Assembly: GCA_021613535.1 (NCBI GenBank)
Contig: CP075495.1
Coordinates: forward strand, 6,572,001 to 6,636,000
DNA: 64,000 nucleotides
Reading direction: 5' to 3'
Source of the DNA: Adineta vaga
Taxonomy: Eukaryota > Animalia > Rotifera
Each line of letters begins with the position of its first letter. Position 1 is the first letter of the stretch. Below the pieces are notes generated by a model. That model saw only the letters and a program-made list of their open reading frames with translations, did not search any database and had not been told where the DNA came from. This document shows positions 29,021 to 43,503 of the stretch, piece by piece. A program made the translations under genes and the position numbers.

Positions 29021-30933
29021 TCAGAATTTGGCTAAATTTTCTAAATCACCACCATATTTTCCCAATATAAACATAATAACAAAACCTAATATTAAACCAC
29101 TATTTTGACAAAATAAAATCTTCAGCTTTAAAACAGTTGTAATTGGTTGCTTTGCAGCAATGTAATCTTTTTCAATTTCATCACCCATTGAAACCAATTC
29201 GGGTATCTAGTAATAAAACAATCGATACAAACTATACTTTATTTACATCAAAAGAACATATACCATATCAGCAAGTCCAATGTAGACAAACATTCCACCT
29301 GATAGTGCATAAATCCATGGATGAAAGGATTCAAGTTCACCTAAATTATTTCTTTTCAAAAGAAAGAGCTCTCTCTCTCTAAATATCAACATACCTAATT
29401 TCGCACCAATTAAAAATCCTAAATAACAGCTACATGCAGATAGAAAATTCATTAATAGAGCTTGTCCAACCGTTAAACCACTACTAAGTAAAACAGCAAT
29501 ATCACCAAGTTCATGAGGAAATTCTTCACATATGATTGGAAAACACATTCGAAGACCTTCACCAATCGAAACCATAAATGCAGCACCTAGTGTTAAACCG
29601 TCGATGAAATTATGTAGCATATCACCGATAATAATCATCCAACCGGCTGCTTTCATTTTTTTCAAATTTTCAGTTAAGCTCTTTGATTCATATGCTCTAA
29701 TTACTGGCTGAAAAGAAAATGAAATATTAGCCATTCGTTAGAGAACAACTTCAATGTAAATCACACATAGAAGTTTCAAAGTGACATACTTTATTATTAG
29801 AATGAACTGATTCACGTTTTGAATCAATACATATGGAAGGAGGAGGAGGAGGAGGAGAATCAACATGACAGATAGGTTCTGTCTATAATAATTGAAAGAT
29901 AGAAGAGCAAATCGAATTGTTTACTAAACTTACAAGAACTTCATCTTTCCCATGAGTATGTGTACAAACAATCTAAATGAACCTATTGAAAATGAAAGAC
30001 TTAATCTTTAAATATGATTATTTACAGTTTCGATATTAAGAAAAATTCGTAACAATTGATCTCGCATATAATATATGTAAATAATAATTATTGGTATTAA
30101 TGCTTTATTCAGATAATTATGATGTATATCAAGATCTGGAATGTTGAATGCCTATGATCAAATAAAAGTGAAGAATTTTTCTTTATTTTAGAAAACAAAC
30201 CATAGGAATTAAATGAAATATTCCAGATCCTGTCAGAGTACCAACCGCTAAAATCAAACTAAAGTGTAAATAATCACTTTCATCATCACAATTTTACCTA
30301 AACCAATAAATCCTGTAAGAATCCATTTAAAAGCTGATCGCTTTCGAAATGGTAAAATAATAGCACCGCAAAGCGCTGAACAATTGATAATTGTAACAGT
30401 AATCAAACCAATTAAAATATCTAAAAACTTCATAAAAGAAAACGACATGAAAATTTTTTTCTCTACTTTTCCATGTGGCACGACCTTCAGATTTATGACA
30501 ACCATCATTAAATTTCACATTGACTAGTGCTGGTAATAATCGTTTAAGATCAGCATGACTAAGACTTTCATTCATATTTTCAAATTTGATATTCAATGCA
30601 TTCAATAAATCATCAGATGATGTAAAACACTATTCATAGAAAATGTCGATTTATTCATTGAATCGAAAAACAGAATCTTAACTTTACTTTATGTTCAAGA
30701 TTTAATTGTTGAGTATCATTCAGAGTAATAATATCATGCAGTCGTGTGATATCATCAATATCATTCGATTGAAGAAGTTTTTCATAAAATACTTTTATAT
30801 TTGCTTGTGTGTTTAATTGTGAATAAAGAAGATTTTCTTCTATTTGACTTAATTTTATATCATTAGTTAATACTGTATATTGTTCAAGAATATAAATCGT
30901 TATGATAAATTTCGCAAATTGTATACAAATCAT
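29021..30933 (-). CDS. LIV-1 subfamily ZIP metal transporter (ZIP8/ZIP14-like)
   Basis: Signal peptide, ectodomain with 'LLPALV', AVGTLTGSGIFHLIP, TM4 GDMLHNFIDGLTLGAAF, TM5 CEEFPHELGD (EExPHE as in ZIP8/14), ALSGGMFVYIGLADM. Stop TGA at 29021. Confidence 0.92.
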
Positions 30934-31058
30934 CTAGAAATATTCATTTAAAGTTATTGTTAATTTAAAATGAGAATGTCAATTTCAGCTAAAGTATTAG
31001 ATCACAGAAGAAAATATTGTCAATAGACGAGATTCAATAGGAGACGAAAAAAAAATGG

Positions 31059-33220
31059 TCAAAATCGATGAAATATACGAGATGGATCTCGTTGATAAAT
31101 GTAAGTATAAATATGTCGACGATGATAATAACGCCAAATAATAGCTAATACTAAAGCAATCAGAACTCCGATGAGAAGAAACAGATTTTGACAGATAAAA
31201 ATAAATGTTTTTAATAAACGTTTTTCTTTTGCTGATGCAGATGTTTGTAAATGTTGACCAAAATCATTCAATTCAGGGATCTAAAACATAAAAGAAAATT
31301 TGATTTGAAATCATTCTTTTTCTTCGATATAAAAACGACTTACCAATGTAACAAGTGCTGTATAGAATAGTGCTCCATAGACAAGAGAATAAATATATTC
31401 TTTTGAAATAAAAACGAAATTAGAACTAAATTGTTGATTAATACCTAAGAATATTCCACCAATAACATAACCAAGAATAAGGAAAACAACGGAAAAAAAT
31501 AGAAAAGCAAATCCAAGTTTACGACCTAACGATGATAGAAGATCTAAACAACAACAAGCCTCATTTCTATTCAATAAAACATTTTTTTTACTTACATGAA
31601 TGACGTCGAAAGCCTTCACTAAATATCATTATTCCAAGAACTAAACCAATCAAACGGTCGTGTGCTAATGCTACTGATAAACCACAACCATAGATGACGT
31701 CATTGGAAAAATCATAAATAATATGATATAATATTAGGTTACGTGTTTTCTGTTCATGGTCATGTTGATGAGAGATATGTATACCATTTCCAACATGTCC
31801 ACCGTTGGATTGTAGAGTAGTATGTTCGTCGGCATTATCTATTGTGGACTGAAAATGAAAAGAACAGAGTAATTTCTCATAAATATACTCTTTTTGATGT
31901 CAATCAGTTTCTAACTGTTCTCTTCTGAACTATGTAGCATCTATAGTACTCATAGACTAATTAAAAAAATATACCGATGGTTCAACTGGCAATTCTGTAT
32001 GGGTATGATGAACATGATCCTACAAATAATTTTTGTTTAAGATTAAAGAAAATCAATCGAAATAGAGAATTACTCGTTCATGAACATGAAATGTTCCATG
32101 CATTTTAGCCATTTGTATCATAGGCATATCTGTCGGGCTTGTTCCTTCATTTTCTTCATGATTCGATTCACTAAGTTGTTTCTAAGATTCAAATTAAATA
32201 TATTCATTGTATATATCTACGTACAACGATTAGATCTCACTTCATCAACTTTAAAACGAAAGCGAAGTAATTTTTCTACAATAAAAAATAGGAAAACACC
32301 ACATAGAATAACGGTACCACGGAGAAGATAAGTATAACTAAAATCTTCATTTGGTGTTTCGTAGATCTTCAAGAGAACATAGAAAAACATCATTAATCAA
32401 AAGAATCGGAAGAGTTTTTTTTCATACATGTGGAATTAAATGATAACTGATCGTACCAAGAATGAGACCACAAGTAAATGCATTGAAACCAAGTCCTAAC
32501 CATAGATGATATCCAACAGGTGAAAAAACAATTTCACCTGTTAAATTCACCCGATTAGCTGTCTGATTAACATGCTTCGTGCTAAACCACCTGCTGTCAA
32601 TACGGAAGAATGATGACCCGTAAGAAAAAATATAATCCAATGAACAATTTTCATGATGATAATAAATACTAAACCTAAGATCCATACTAAAATATATCGA
32701 AACATGTGTGTATTCAAATCAATCATCTTATTTGCTACTTACTATCAAAGAAAGGATACTGTTTTACAGGTGGTAATTGACGTACACATCCAGGATTTTC
32801 AATTGTATATAGAACAGCTGGAAGAAGTGATTGTATATCATTTGTAGATAGATTCAGATCGGTTTGATTATAGCCATGAGCAAGAAGTAGATCAGATGCT
32901 GTTTCATAACACTAAAACAAAACGTACACCGATAGTCAATCAAATCGTTCTTTTGCCTGAAAACTTACTGATTTCTTTAAATAATCTTCATTATAATCAT
33001 TTGATAGTATTTTTTCAACTTTAATCGCTGTTGAAACTGTATCTGTAGGACGATGTTGTCGAAAATCATGCAATAGATTTCGATAAAATTTATCAAAAGA
33101 TTTAAAATCATGAACATTCTGATGAATTAAATCCAAATATAATGAATTCATTGTCATGGATGCCACTAAAAATGGATAAGTAATTCCAAATACGAACACT
33201 CTCTTCCAGATCATATTCAT
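31059..33220 (-). CDS. Divergent ZIP (SLC39)-fold membrane protein lacking canonical TM4/TM5 metal ligands
   Basis: Signal peptide and ectodomain, CGLILGTISYHLIPH, His-rich loop (HFHVHER, HVHHTH, HISHQHDHE), TM4-equivalent YDFSNDVIYGCGLSVAL, TM5-equivalent IFSEGFRRHSYLLSSLG, YIYSLVYGALFYTALVTL, FICQNLFLLIG. The exons traced splice in frame. Confidence 0.75.
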
Positions 33221-33894
33221 CTAAACGAATCATTCTAATCTTATACTTTGAACATAAAAAAAAAGAGAATCTCTCCCACATTGATTAGAAAACGGTAAAG
33301 TAATTCGTATGGACAAAATTTTTTTCTCTCCTTTATGCAACGAGCCATAAAATGAAACATTAATATAAAGATAGATAAGAATCATTACATGCCTTATTAA
33401 GATACGAATATATCGAAAATATGATTACGATGAAGACATATATGTCAGGTACACTTATTACTTCGTTCTCTCGTATAAAAAAGTTTCCTATGAGAAGATG
33501 TAGTCATAAAATTTCTTTTTTTGAATCTCTTATTTTTAAACATTTTTCTACACATCTGACATATCGAAACGTTTCAATAGATATTTTATTAATATTTACA
33601 TATATATTTTTCTTGAAAAATGTATTTTTTATACAAAACTAAACTGATAAAATAAATTACTAGCATTCAAAGATATATATACAATTAATTGTAGTAAATG
33701 GTCCCATCATTGATAGGAAGAATTATTGCACCAATCAATTTTGTTCATTCGTTCCCCATCATGATGTAAAATATATTTTGTATAGGCCCATTTTTAGTTA
33801 TGATTCATCATTGCGACAGATGATGATGATAATAAACTTATTCGTTTTGAATTGCACGAAAGTTTCACTGAACATATAAGTATAACGTATAGCA

Positions 33895-35033
33895 ATGGAT
33901 AGTGATCAAGCACCATTTCTTTCCTCATCAACACAACCGATTGATATGATCGAAGGTGATATAACATCATCTTCGAATCGAACAAATCGTAATGAATTAT
34001 CAACATTGGATGAACCAGTTTTAGACACAATAAAACGTTTGTAATTAATGAATAAATTTATCAATTGATTTATGAATTTTGTTTAGGTGATCTTGGTGCT
34101 GTTTTTCGTAAATTTGGTTATGCAGTTATTCCACGTCATTCATCAACACTTTTACAACAATGGGACTTATGGGGTCCACTTATTCTAGTAACAACATTAG
34201 CCATACTTCTACAAAGTAGTGCTACAAAATCAAGTGCCGGTGTACAATTTGCTGAAGTATTTACTTTGATGCTTATTGGATCGATTGCTGTTACCGTACG
34301 TTTCTTAGAATTTCCTTTATCTTCAATATGTTTTAGTTAAAATTTCGAATGCTGCACAACAGTTTTACTTACGTCATAGTGTATGAAATCTAATTTCTAT
34401 TCTCTACAAACATCAAAGGACGCAGACAGATAGGTTCAGGATGGAATACAAATGAAATATTACTATTTATACTTACGTTGGTTATTGTCTATTTGAGATA
34501 ATTCTTGTACGGAATCACCTTTTAATATAATTCTAAAATCGATATTTAATTGATAAGAGCCAAATATATTCTGAAGAATGTAATCTCCTATATTATAATT
34601 GAAATATTTCCTGATGAAAAAACATACATTCTTCATATTCGACGTGCCTTTCTTTTAAAATAATTCTGCAAATATTAAAATATCAATTGAAAATATTTTC
34701 TTTCCATGTTTCTAGGTGAATTCTCAATTACTCGGTGGAAAAATATCATTCTTTCAATCTGTTTGTGTACTCGGCTATTGTTTATTACCCTTATTATTAT
34801 CAGCATTTGTTAACAATATTCTTCTCTACATTCCGACAAAATCAACAATTCCTATTTTACATATCATACGATTTCTAATTGTAATGGCTGCTTTTGTCTG
34901 GACAATGTACGCAAGTGTTCGCTTTTTAGGACAAACTCAACAACCAAATCGTCGGATGCTTGTACTCTATCCGATCTTTTTATTTTATTTTCTTATTGCT
35001 TGGTTGATTATTCTTCATGCACATCCGAAATAA
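33895..35033 (+). CDS. YIPF6: Yip1-domain Golgi protein YIPF6
   Basis: Three exons: MDSDQAP...STLDEPVLDTIKR, DLGAVFRKF...WDLWGPL...QFAEVF, VNSQLLGGKISFFQSVCVLGYC...LVLYPIFLFYF. Confidence 0.9.
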
Positions 35034-36042
35034 ATCAATAGAAAAAAGGTTTTTATTCATTTTCTAAAAATAACTCATATGTGAATTATCCTACAAAGTT
35101 GAACTTTGTCGAACCATGTTGACCTGAATTGGTTCTTCGTCAAGTTTAGATTGTAATCGTTATCAATATTGGACAAAAAAAAGATTTCTGATTAACTATG
35201 CTGTTGATTTGTTCTATTGACGTATGATCTAATCATTTTTGCGATCTGCATGAAATTAGAATGCAAATCATATCGTCTTATCTTGTATTCCATCAATATC
35301 TTTGGTTTTACTCGGTTAAAAAAGAATATCTATATAATAAATCTAAAGAATAAAAATATTTCACGAGAACAAGATCAAAACTAATTCGACTTTCTATATT
35401 CATCTCTTTGAAGTTGATTACAAGATGAATCGTATGGTTCAATCCAGGTGATTGTGTTCGATTCTTCAATAAGAATAAATTTCTTCTACGTTAAAGTATC
35501 TCTTCATACAAATATGTTTGTATTCATTGTAAAAGATTGTTTTTGTTTTACTAATCAGTTGAATACTCAATATATGAAAGAACTTTTTCAGCCTGCTATT
35601 ATATTAATCGATCATTAGCACATCTGGATAAACAGGCATTGATTGCAACTGTCTGCTATTCATAGTGCACTAGTCATAGAGAGTTATATAATTACTGAGA
35701 TCAGAAGAAAAACAGTGTGTATAGTCGTGACATACATATCTTAGGAAAAATGTTGATATTTCGGTATTCATTAAAATGAAACAATCAATAATTCATCTTA
35801 TTTTCTATTTTTCATTTCGATAAACAAACAAAGCACACTCATAGAAGAAGGAAAAGAAGAACAAAGAATATATCACGAGAAGAAAAAAGAAAAAACAAAC
35901 AAATATAGGAAAGAAGAGAAGTGAACTTTCAAAAGCAAAGAAGTATGCTCATAGACAAGGAAAAGCTATATAGCATGTATATATGTATAGATAGGTACAT
36001 GAAAGAACTAATGAAATACATTGATATTGAACATATGTACTT

Positions 36043-37368
36043 CTAAAATTCTCCAAATTCTCGTGGAAAACGTTCAGTGGAACTAACTGTCAATGGTTGT
36101 TCTTCGTATGTTTCATAATTTTCTCGATCTGTTCGAGGAATAAAGGGTGCTGGAATTGTTTTTTCATAGATAGCTATAAAATCCATATCCTTAAACCATC
36201 GATGTTCTTTGATATCTCGTACACCGGACTTTAAATTACCGTAACGACGTGTAAGATCAACTTGAAAGAGATTTTTTAGTAGATCTTTAAGATCAACAGT
36301 AAAATGATTGGGAAAACGAACGCGACCAGAAACAATTTTTTCATAAATTTGAATTGGTTGATCAGCAAAAAACGGTGGATAACCAGCACTCATTTCATAC
36401 TAAACCAAGTAAAACGAATGTACTCCTTTAAAATCAACTAAAAATGACTTACCATCAAGACACCTAATGCCCAATAATCAACACCTTTATTATAACCACG
36501 ACTAAGAATAATTTCTGGAGCAAGATATTCTACAAATACAAAATAGAGTAATCTAATCGATCAAATGAGTCTATGCTTACCTGGTGTTCCACACAAAGTC
36601 CATGTTCGATCTTTTACTCGTTTTGCAAAACCAAAATCTGTCTATAAAAATGAGAACGAAACATTCATTTACATATCGTTTTCGAATAAATAATACAAAC
36701 CATTTTCAAATAACCATCAGCAGAAAAGAGTAAATTTTCCGGTTTGAGATCTCGATAAATCTAAATATAAACGAAAGAGAAACATGTTTGACAACATATT
36801 ATCTTAGAACTTACAACACCCAAATGATGAAGATATTCGAAAGCAAGAACAATTTGTGCAGCATAAAATCTTGTCATATCTTCTGTATAACGTCCAAAAG
36901 CCCGTAAATGTGTAAACATTTCACCACCGGGAGCATATTCAAGTCCCAAGTATAGATAAGAATTATCTTTAAATGTATACATTAATTTAACAATAAATGG
37001 ACATGACAGAGCTTGAAGAATTTTCTTTTCTGCTAATGTATGATCAACTTGTTTCATTTTCACTACAACTTGTTTATCAAGAATTTTCATTGCTACTTTT
37101 TCACCATCATTCTGTCGATGTGTTACTAACAATACGCGACCTAATTATTCGAATAGAAAAGAAATCAACATAAGAAAATCGTTTTCTCGGAATAATCTTT
37201 CTTACCAAATGATCCCGTTCCAATTGTACGTATTAATTCAAAATCTTCTAAATGAGCATTTTGTTTTAGAGGATTTTCAATTTTATCTATGAATTTTTCT
37301 TTTTCTTTATCAAGAAAACTTTGAATATCGCTTTGACTTCGTTTAATATTACTGCCCGTTTGACCCAT
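36043..37368 (-). CDS. cAMP-dependent protein kinase catalytic subunit (short MG- start; an in-frame upstream extension exists)
   Basis: [105 protein letters not shown]-terminal FGEF. Confidence 0.95.
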
Positions 37369-40300
37369 ATTTGTATACGAATATGTCGATGATGATGCAC
37401 TTAGATTTATTAAGCTACTTCCACCCGATGAAGACGTTGAATTAAAACGAAAGAAGCTGCGTTTGACGGTATCAGTACTTTTTGGTGATATTGGAGATTT
37501 TGGTGAAAGATGCGTCGATGTTGGAGTCGTTAATAGTGAACTTTTATTTAGACGAAGATATGAACGACTTGATGATGGTTCAGATGATGATGCTGATGAT
37601 GGATGGTTATTTGATGATACAGGAGTGTTATATGAGGGCGGAGATTTTGGTGAATCGGGTGAGCTAAAAATAGTTTGAAACGTTAAGATAATAACAGCTC
37701 AACAGAACAGTTCTATCAAAGACAAATGAACTCTAGCCGAGATAGGGTCATCAATTTAACAATTATGATCTATGAAATCAAGTCTGATAAGATAATCGTA
37801 CATTTTACAGGAAGCATTCTTTCTCTTATGTACAATCACATCTGTTTTTAACTCTCAATAGTACACTTCGTTTATTCTATTCGTCTGACAAGTTTCTCAT
37901 CATTGTGTATCTCACTCACACATACATGTAGATCATGATCATTTCAATAATCGACATATACAAATGTATATCTGGTTCATAAAATGTATAACTCGAAAGA
38001 AACTGACAAAATGGCACTATAATGATAGTCGTCAATAGCATATACACGCATGCCGCACATTATTATGCGTGATAGCAAGATAAGAAGAAAAAGAAGAAGA
38101 AGAAGAGAGAAAACGAGAACGATGTGCATAGTGCGTGCTTTATTTCTGTTGTCCCTCTTTCATTCGAATCGGCATTATACAACTAGAATAAAGAATGAGT
38201 GAAAACAAGAAGAAAAAAAATATATACAAAAATAATAAAAGACGAAAGAAGAATAAATTCTATAACAATACTATTTTAACGATAGTTATAACTATATACT
38301 TCAGTCATCTTTAAAGAGACTGAAATCAACATTTATATATATATATATATGTACAATAGAGAGCAAATAAAAAAAACAACTGATATTTGTCATTTATAAG
38401 AGGAAAAAATAAAAGTAAATATATTTGAGATATCTCTCCTAAGAATATGTCTGTTTTCCAAAGTTTAGATATTAGATAGCAAAACTGAATGGTAATCCAG
38501 TGAATACATACGAAGTGAAAGAAAAAAGAAGGATTAAATTCTTATCAGTATAATATATTGGTGTCAGAAAAAGAAAAAAAAGAGATTTTTATACAATCAT
38601 AAGTACGTACATAGTCCATAAAATAGGTTGTTTAACATTAATCGAATATTTTGTTTGATACATGATTATTAGATAAGACGACGGAGAAGGAAAGACAAAT
38701 AAAATAATAAACTATTTTTTTTTCTTTAAAAAAGTATTTCATAAGAATAGTTGTATTGATAGTATTCTAAATAGAACTGATCATTGAATCATCAGCAATT
38801 AATTGATTTGATCAATTTTCTTCTAATAGTGATGTTAAAAACATCGAGAGAGAGAAAGAGAAAAGGCGGTTAACAGTTACTTAAAAGATCCGTTGAAGAA
38901 AGTCATATTCGTGTAACACATGAGTTTTCTCTTGAGATTGGCGACAAAATAGACGACATAGAAACGAATCGTTACACAAACAAAGAGCAAAAAACGAGTG
39001 ATGATCAACTTTGTTTGTCAAATGTCAGTAACAACGATTAGTTGCAAAATGTCAGAAAACAATAGGAAACATTCGCTTTTCTTTTCTTCTCTACAGATGA
39101 AATGAGAGTGTTTCAAACAGAAACATAAATATACACTACCTTCATCAATACTTGTGTCTTCCACGGATATAAGAACGATTTAAAGTACATGATAAGAAAG
39201 AAAATCTTCAAGTCTTTTCTCTTTTCTTTCTTGTTTTACAATCGAAAGATATTTGAACTTAGATATTCTATTCGCTATTTTTCTTTTCAGCTTTATGATC
39301 TTTAGTGATGATAGTTATAAATAATGACAGAAACGATGATTATTATTCATCAATAATACATAGTAAAAAAGCGAAAGAAGAAGCAAAGAAAAATTCTTCG
39401 ACAAATTATTATTGCCCTTTAGCTAAACGTTATATAGAAGCTTATTACTAAAAGATACAAGACAACAAGCATTAGTTTTGATAATGTGACATGGAAAAAA
39501 AAGATGTCAGTCACATGAAAATAAGTTTGATGTTTTGAGCTAATAAAATTGTGTTCATTCAAACTATATTTATTGACAATTCAGACATCTTTCGAGTAAA
39601 ACTATAGGAAGACATCAAAATATCGAATGTAGAACTAAAATGTCTATTTGACAACAACTTGTCCTTCTATTTTCTATATTGTCAACATCTTCTGTCAAAA
39701 CATGTATCAAGCAATTCATCAAATCTCGAAGCTGAAATAAGACTGTTAGTTACTAGTTACTTGTTAATCTATTTAAGTGACAAACTTACGTCGAATATTC
39801 ACCGATCGTATGTGGAGTTAAAGTCGAAACCTGATTGTTAGTATTATTACTAACAGTCACTGTTTGAGTAAAATATTTACGAAATTTTTTCATGATAAAT
39901 AATCTTTAATAAGCTTTCCAGATATCAAACGATCGTTTGATCATCTAGAAGAAAAAAGAAGGTTGGGCGTTTCTTTTTGCACAAGATTTCCATGATGAGA
40001 AATCTTCACGCTGTTGTTAATTTCCATAGTGTTATCTCTATATTGTGTTTGTGTATATGTGTGTGTGTGCGCGAACAAGCATTTTACCATCGTTTGTTTA
40101 TGTTCCCATACAGTTTTTTTCAACGTATATCAGTACCATTCCACCATAATTATTGGCAAACGTTAAGCGAAAAGAAAGAAGAGAGAGAAAGAAAAAACGA
40201 CGAAGAAACATCAGAGAAGAGAAAAGGAAATAATCGAAAAAACCATCTTTATTTAATACATACCTAAACATTTAAATTATCTCAATGACATTCGTACTTC

Positions 40301-40816
40301 TTTTATATGAAATCAAATAATAAATATAACTAGCATTCAATATTTTATTTTTCTCCGTTCCTCGGTTTTTTTAAAATATTTCGTCGTAACATTAAAAAAA
40401 ACGCAGCAAGATATTAACACAACAATAGATGAATAGTAATTATGGCTGAATTCAATTGATTTCTTTTCCTTTTCTTCTCGAATTCAATGAAAATAAAATG
40501 ATTTCTTCGATGTCGAGAACATACATCGTCAAAACTATGGATGTAAACGTTTACATACTAAACATCGCGGAGAAAATACATATACACTACAATGATTTTT
40601 CCATCTGTTTTTATATTCTAGTGTTCTCAAGCGTATAGTTACGATGAAGGATATAATATCCGCTTAATCTATGATCATTGTAGAAAAAGCACATCGTAAA
40701 CAACAAGGAAAATCTAATACATTCATAAATCATATCACATTATGAATATCATACTTGCAGAGAAATGAACATTCAAGTAGATGTTCTTTTATTGAACAAA
40801 CCTAAACTTAACTTAC

Positions 40817-40842
40817 TTGGACTTTTCATTTTGACTGAACAT
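40817..40842 (-). CDS. Putative distal first coding exon of the long PKA-C isoform (MFSQNEKS)
   Basis: CCACC-ATG context, ends AA|GTAAGT (phase 2), matching the phase-2 acceptor at 37663 that opens 98 in-frame codons up to ATG 37368. Confidence 0.55.
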
Positions 40843-43503
40843 GGTGGTATCTGGAATGTTAATTGATGTTATTTTTGAATTAAATATAAAAGAATATAAT
40901 GACTTAAAATGTCAAAATTTTACAAGAAAGGCAATCTTTAATGATATAATAAAATAATTTCTAACTTTATTCGCGGTTCTTTTTTGTTTGAAATAACGTC
41001 TAATGGATTTCAGTGTTAAAGAACATAGTCTTATTTCTCATTTTCTTTTCCTCCGTCTTCTTGTTCATGATTGATGTGGCTGTATGTGTGCAGATGAACA
41101 AGATCAAAGATCGACTGTCACGCAAGATGCACATTTTCTTTATTGCAAATAGGTCACATCATATCAGTGCAAATGATATTCAAACTAAATGTATTAGCTC
41201 GATTATTTTGCCCATTTATTAGTACTGTTCCGTGCATATAACAAGCTACCTATATGTATAAATATAGCTATCAAAGATCAAATTATATGTTGTCCTGCAG
41301 AGTATATTCCATATAGTGAAAAATAAATGAGTACTAAAAATAGTATATCTACGTGTAAATTAACAACTTTGTTGTAGGAGAAAATGTTAATTAGAAATAT
41401 AAAATATTTCTGGTGGTTTGTAATTATATTTTGAGAAATAAGAATGTATATTCATTTATAAAAAAACACTCGATCTAAGTTTTTTTCTAAGTGGTGGACT
41501 AGACAAAAAAGTACAAAAGATTACCTGGATTCTCATTGATGAATGAAAATTAAAACTCATTGAAGAAGTATCCATACTATGTACTCCTGTGGAATAGGAT
41601 TGATTCATACAATATATATTGCTGTTCTTTATTAGAACTGTTTGGAAACGTTTTAACTGAATTACAATTCAGCGGATACAATCCATCGTGTGATCAGTAA
41701 CATTACTAGAGAAAATGTTACCTGCAACAATTAACTGAATTTTGACCATACCATAGATTATTCGTCAGTAAAATTCAATCCATACTCTTTTCAAGCATTG
41801 GAATTCGATTGAATATTCACTAATGAATATGTTCTAAGGGGCTTCATACTTACACAAAACTCTCTTTTGTGTAGAGAGGCAGAAAATCAAAATTATAGTT
41901 TATAAGAAATATACATGTATTTGACAGATATGATAATAACAGTATGTATGTGTAATTGTACGGGGAAATAATTGTATATTTTATTTTCGAATATTCATTT
42001 ATGCAGAAAAAGTTTAAAAAAGAACTCGCAGAATTACTTTCTTTGGAATTGTCATCTGATTTGCCTTTTCGTTGTAGAATATGAGAAAAACAAACAGATA
42101 CAGTTGAATTTGAATAAAATTGTGTCAGAATAAGTACTTGAGCTACTTCTTTTCATTCTTCATTATTTTTTTCAAAGAAAAAACAGTCTCATTCCATTTG
42201 TCTACGCAATGTTTAAACTGGAATATGTTTGTTTCGATGACTAACATTTTATGAAAACGCTTCACCATCACACATAATCTTATTGGAATCTTGACTATTT
42301 ACATGAAATAAACTAACGAAATTTATTGCAACCCTATCTTAAATCTATGTTAAAATGACCGAGAAAGAAAAAATTTGAATAAGAATAGTGATCATTCGTT
42401 GTCGACAATTCTGGCTTTGGAAAAATGATTTGAAAGCAACATATGAGTGCAGAAGACATAGACTTCTGAAACGTCTCGAAACATTGTGAATGATATAGGT
42501 TAGTTTTCACAACATTGAGTGTCATAACATTATTTTCTTTCTCAAATAGTTACAGAATGGTGAATATATAATAGATGAGAGTGTAAACTGTTTACATACC
42601 CTACAATAATTCAAAAATTCAGCTTATTTACTTTTCAACAATGTTATTGATAATTCTTTTTTCTTACCTTCATGTGCGTCGCAAACGTTTACTGTACTGA
42701 AAAACTTTCAATTGTTCTTACAAAAAAAGAAACGAACTATTTTGTGCCCTTGCAAAGATTGTCAAAAATCAGTTTTATTTGAACGGTAAGGGAGACTTGT
42801 CGGAGTGTAACTCGGGATGTCAGAACAGAAAATGAGACGTAATCCTTTTTTTCTATGTACAAAATACCATAGAGAAAGAGGTTTGCAAAAAAAGAACAGG
42901 CTGAAATCTTATTGTTTTACTTGGAAGATAAAACAAGTGAATTTTCAAAAGCAAAGGATGTAACATCTCACTTGTTCCTTCCCTCTATCTATGTTCCTAA
43001 TAATTTATCTAAATAAGATGCTCTGTACGAATCCTGATATACTCGTTTAAAACTCGCACGTTGTTTCTATGCGACAAAATGAATATCTATAAATGAGTTG
43101 CAACTTTCTTGTACTTTCTATATTCTCGTTTTTCTCAACTAATCTTTGCAAAACTATTTCAGATTGAACTTCCCTCGTTAGTTCTCATTGTTGTACAAAT
43201 AAAATCTGGTGTCAATATGCTATACGAGACTAACACGCATTTTGTGTGTACATCTTCTAACGTTTTGTACAATAATGAAATAAATATATCTAATAAGAGA
43301 TGAGAAATATCTCATCGGTTGATCTCTTCAAAATGTTATTGTCAACATCAATGCATGTTAATCTTTGATAATAATCTGAGTCATTTGAATTGTTTTAGTT
43401 TTCAATATGAATATTATCGTCTTATTTATTGATATGATAATATAATTTCAATTCTGCTTTTCTCTGTACTTACTTTGACACAACTATCTGTCAATCAAAC
43501 AAG

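Noticed and set aside
35040-35720. Possible pseudogene remnant downstream of YIPF6 (e.g. ACYYINRSLAHL, TPR-like)
   Set aside because: Fragments are too short and broken to support a call without a search.
41400-43300. Gene-free stretch suspected to be a decayed transposon
   Set aside because: No terminal repeats, TSDs or transposase/RT motifs recognised.
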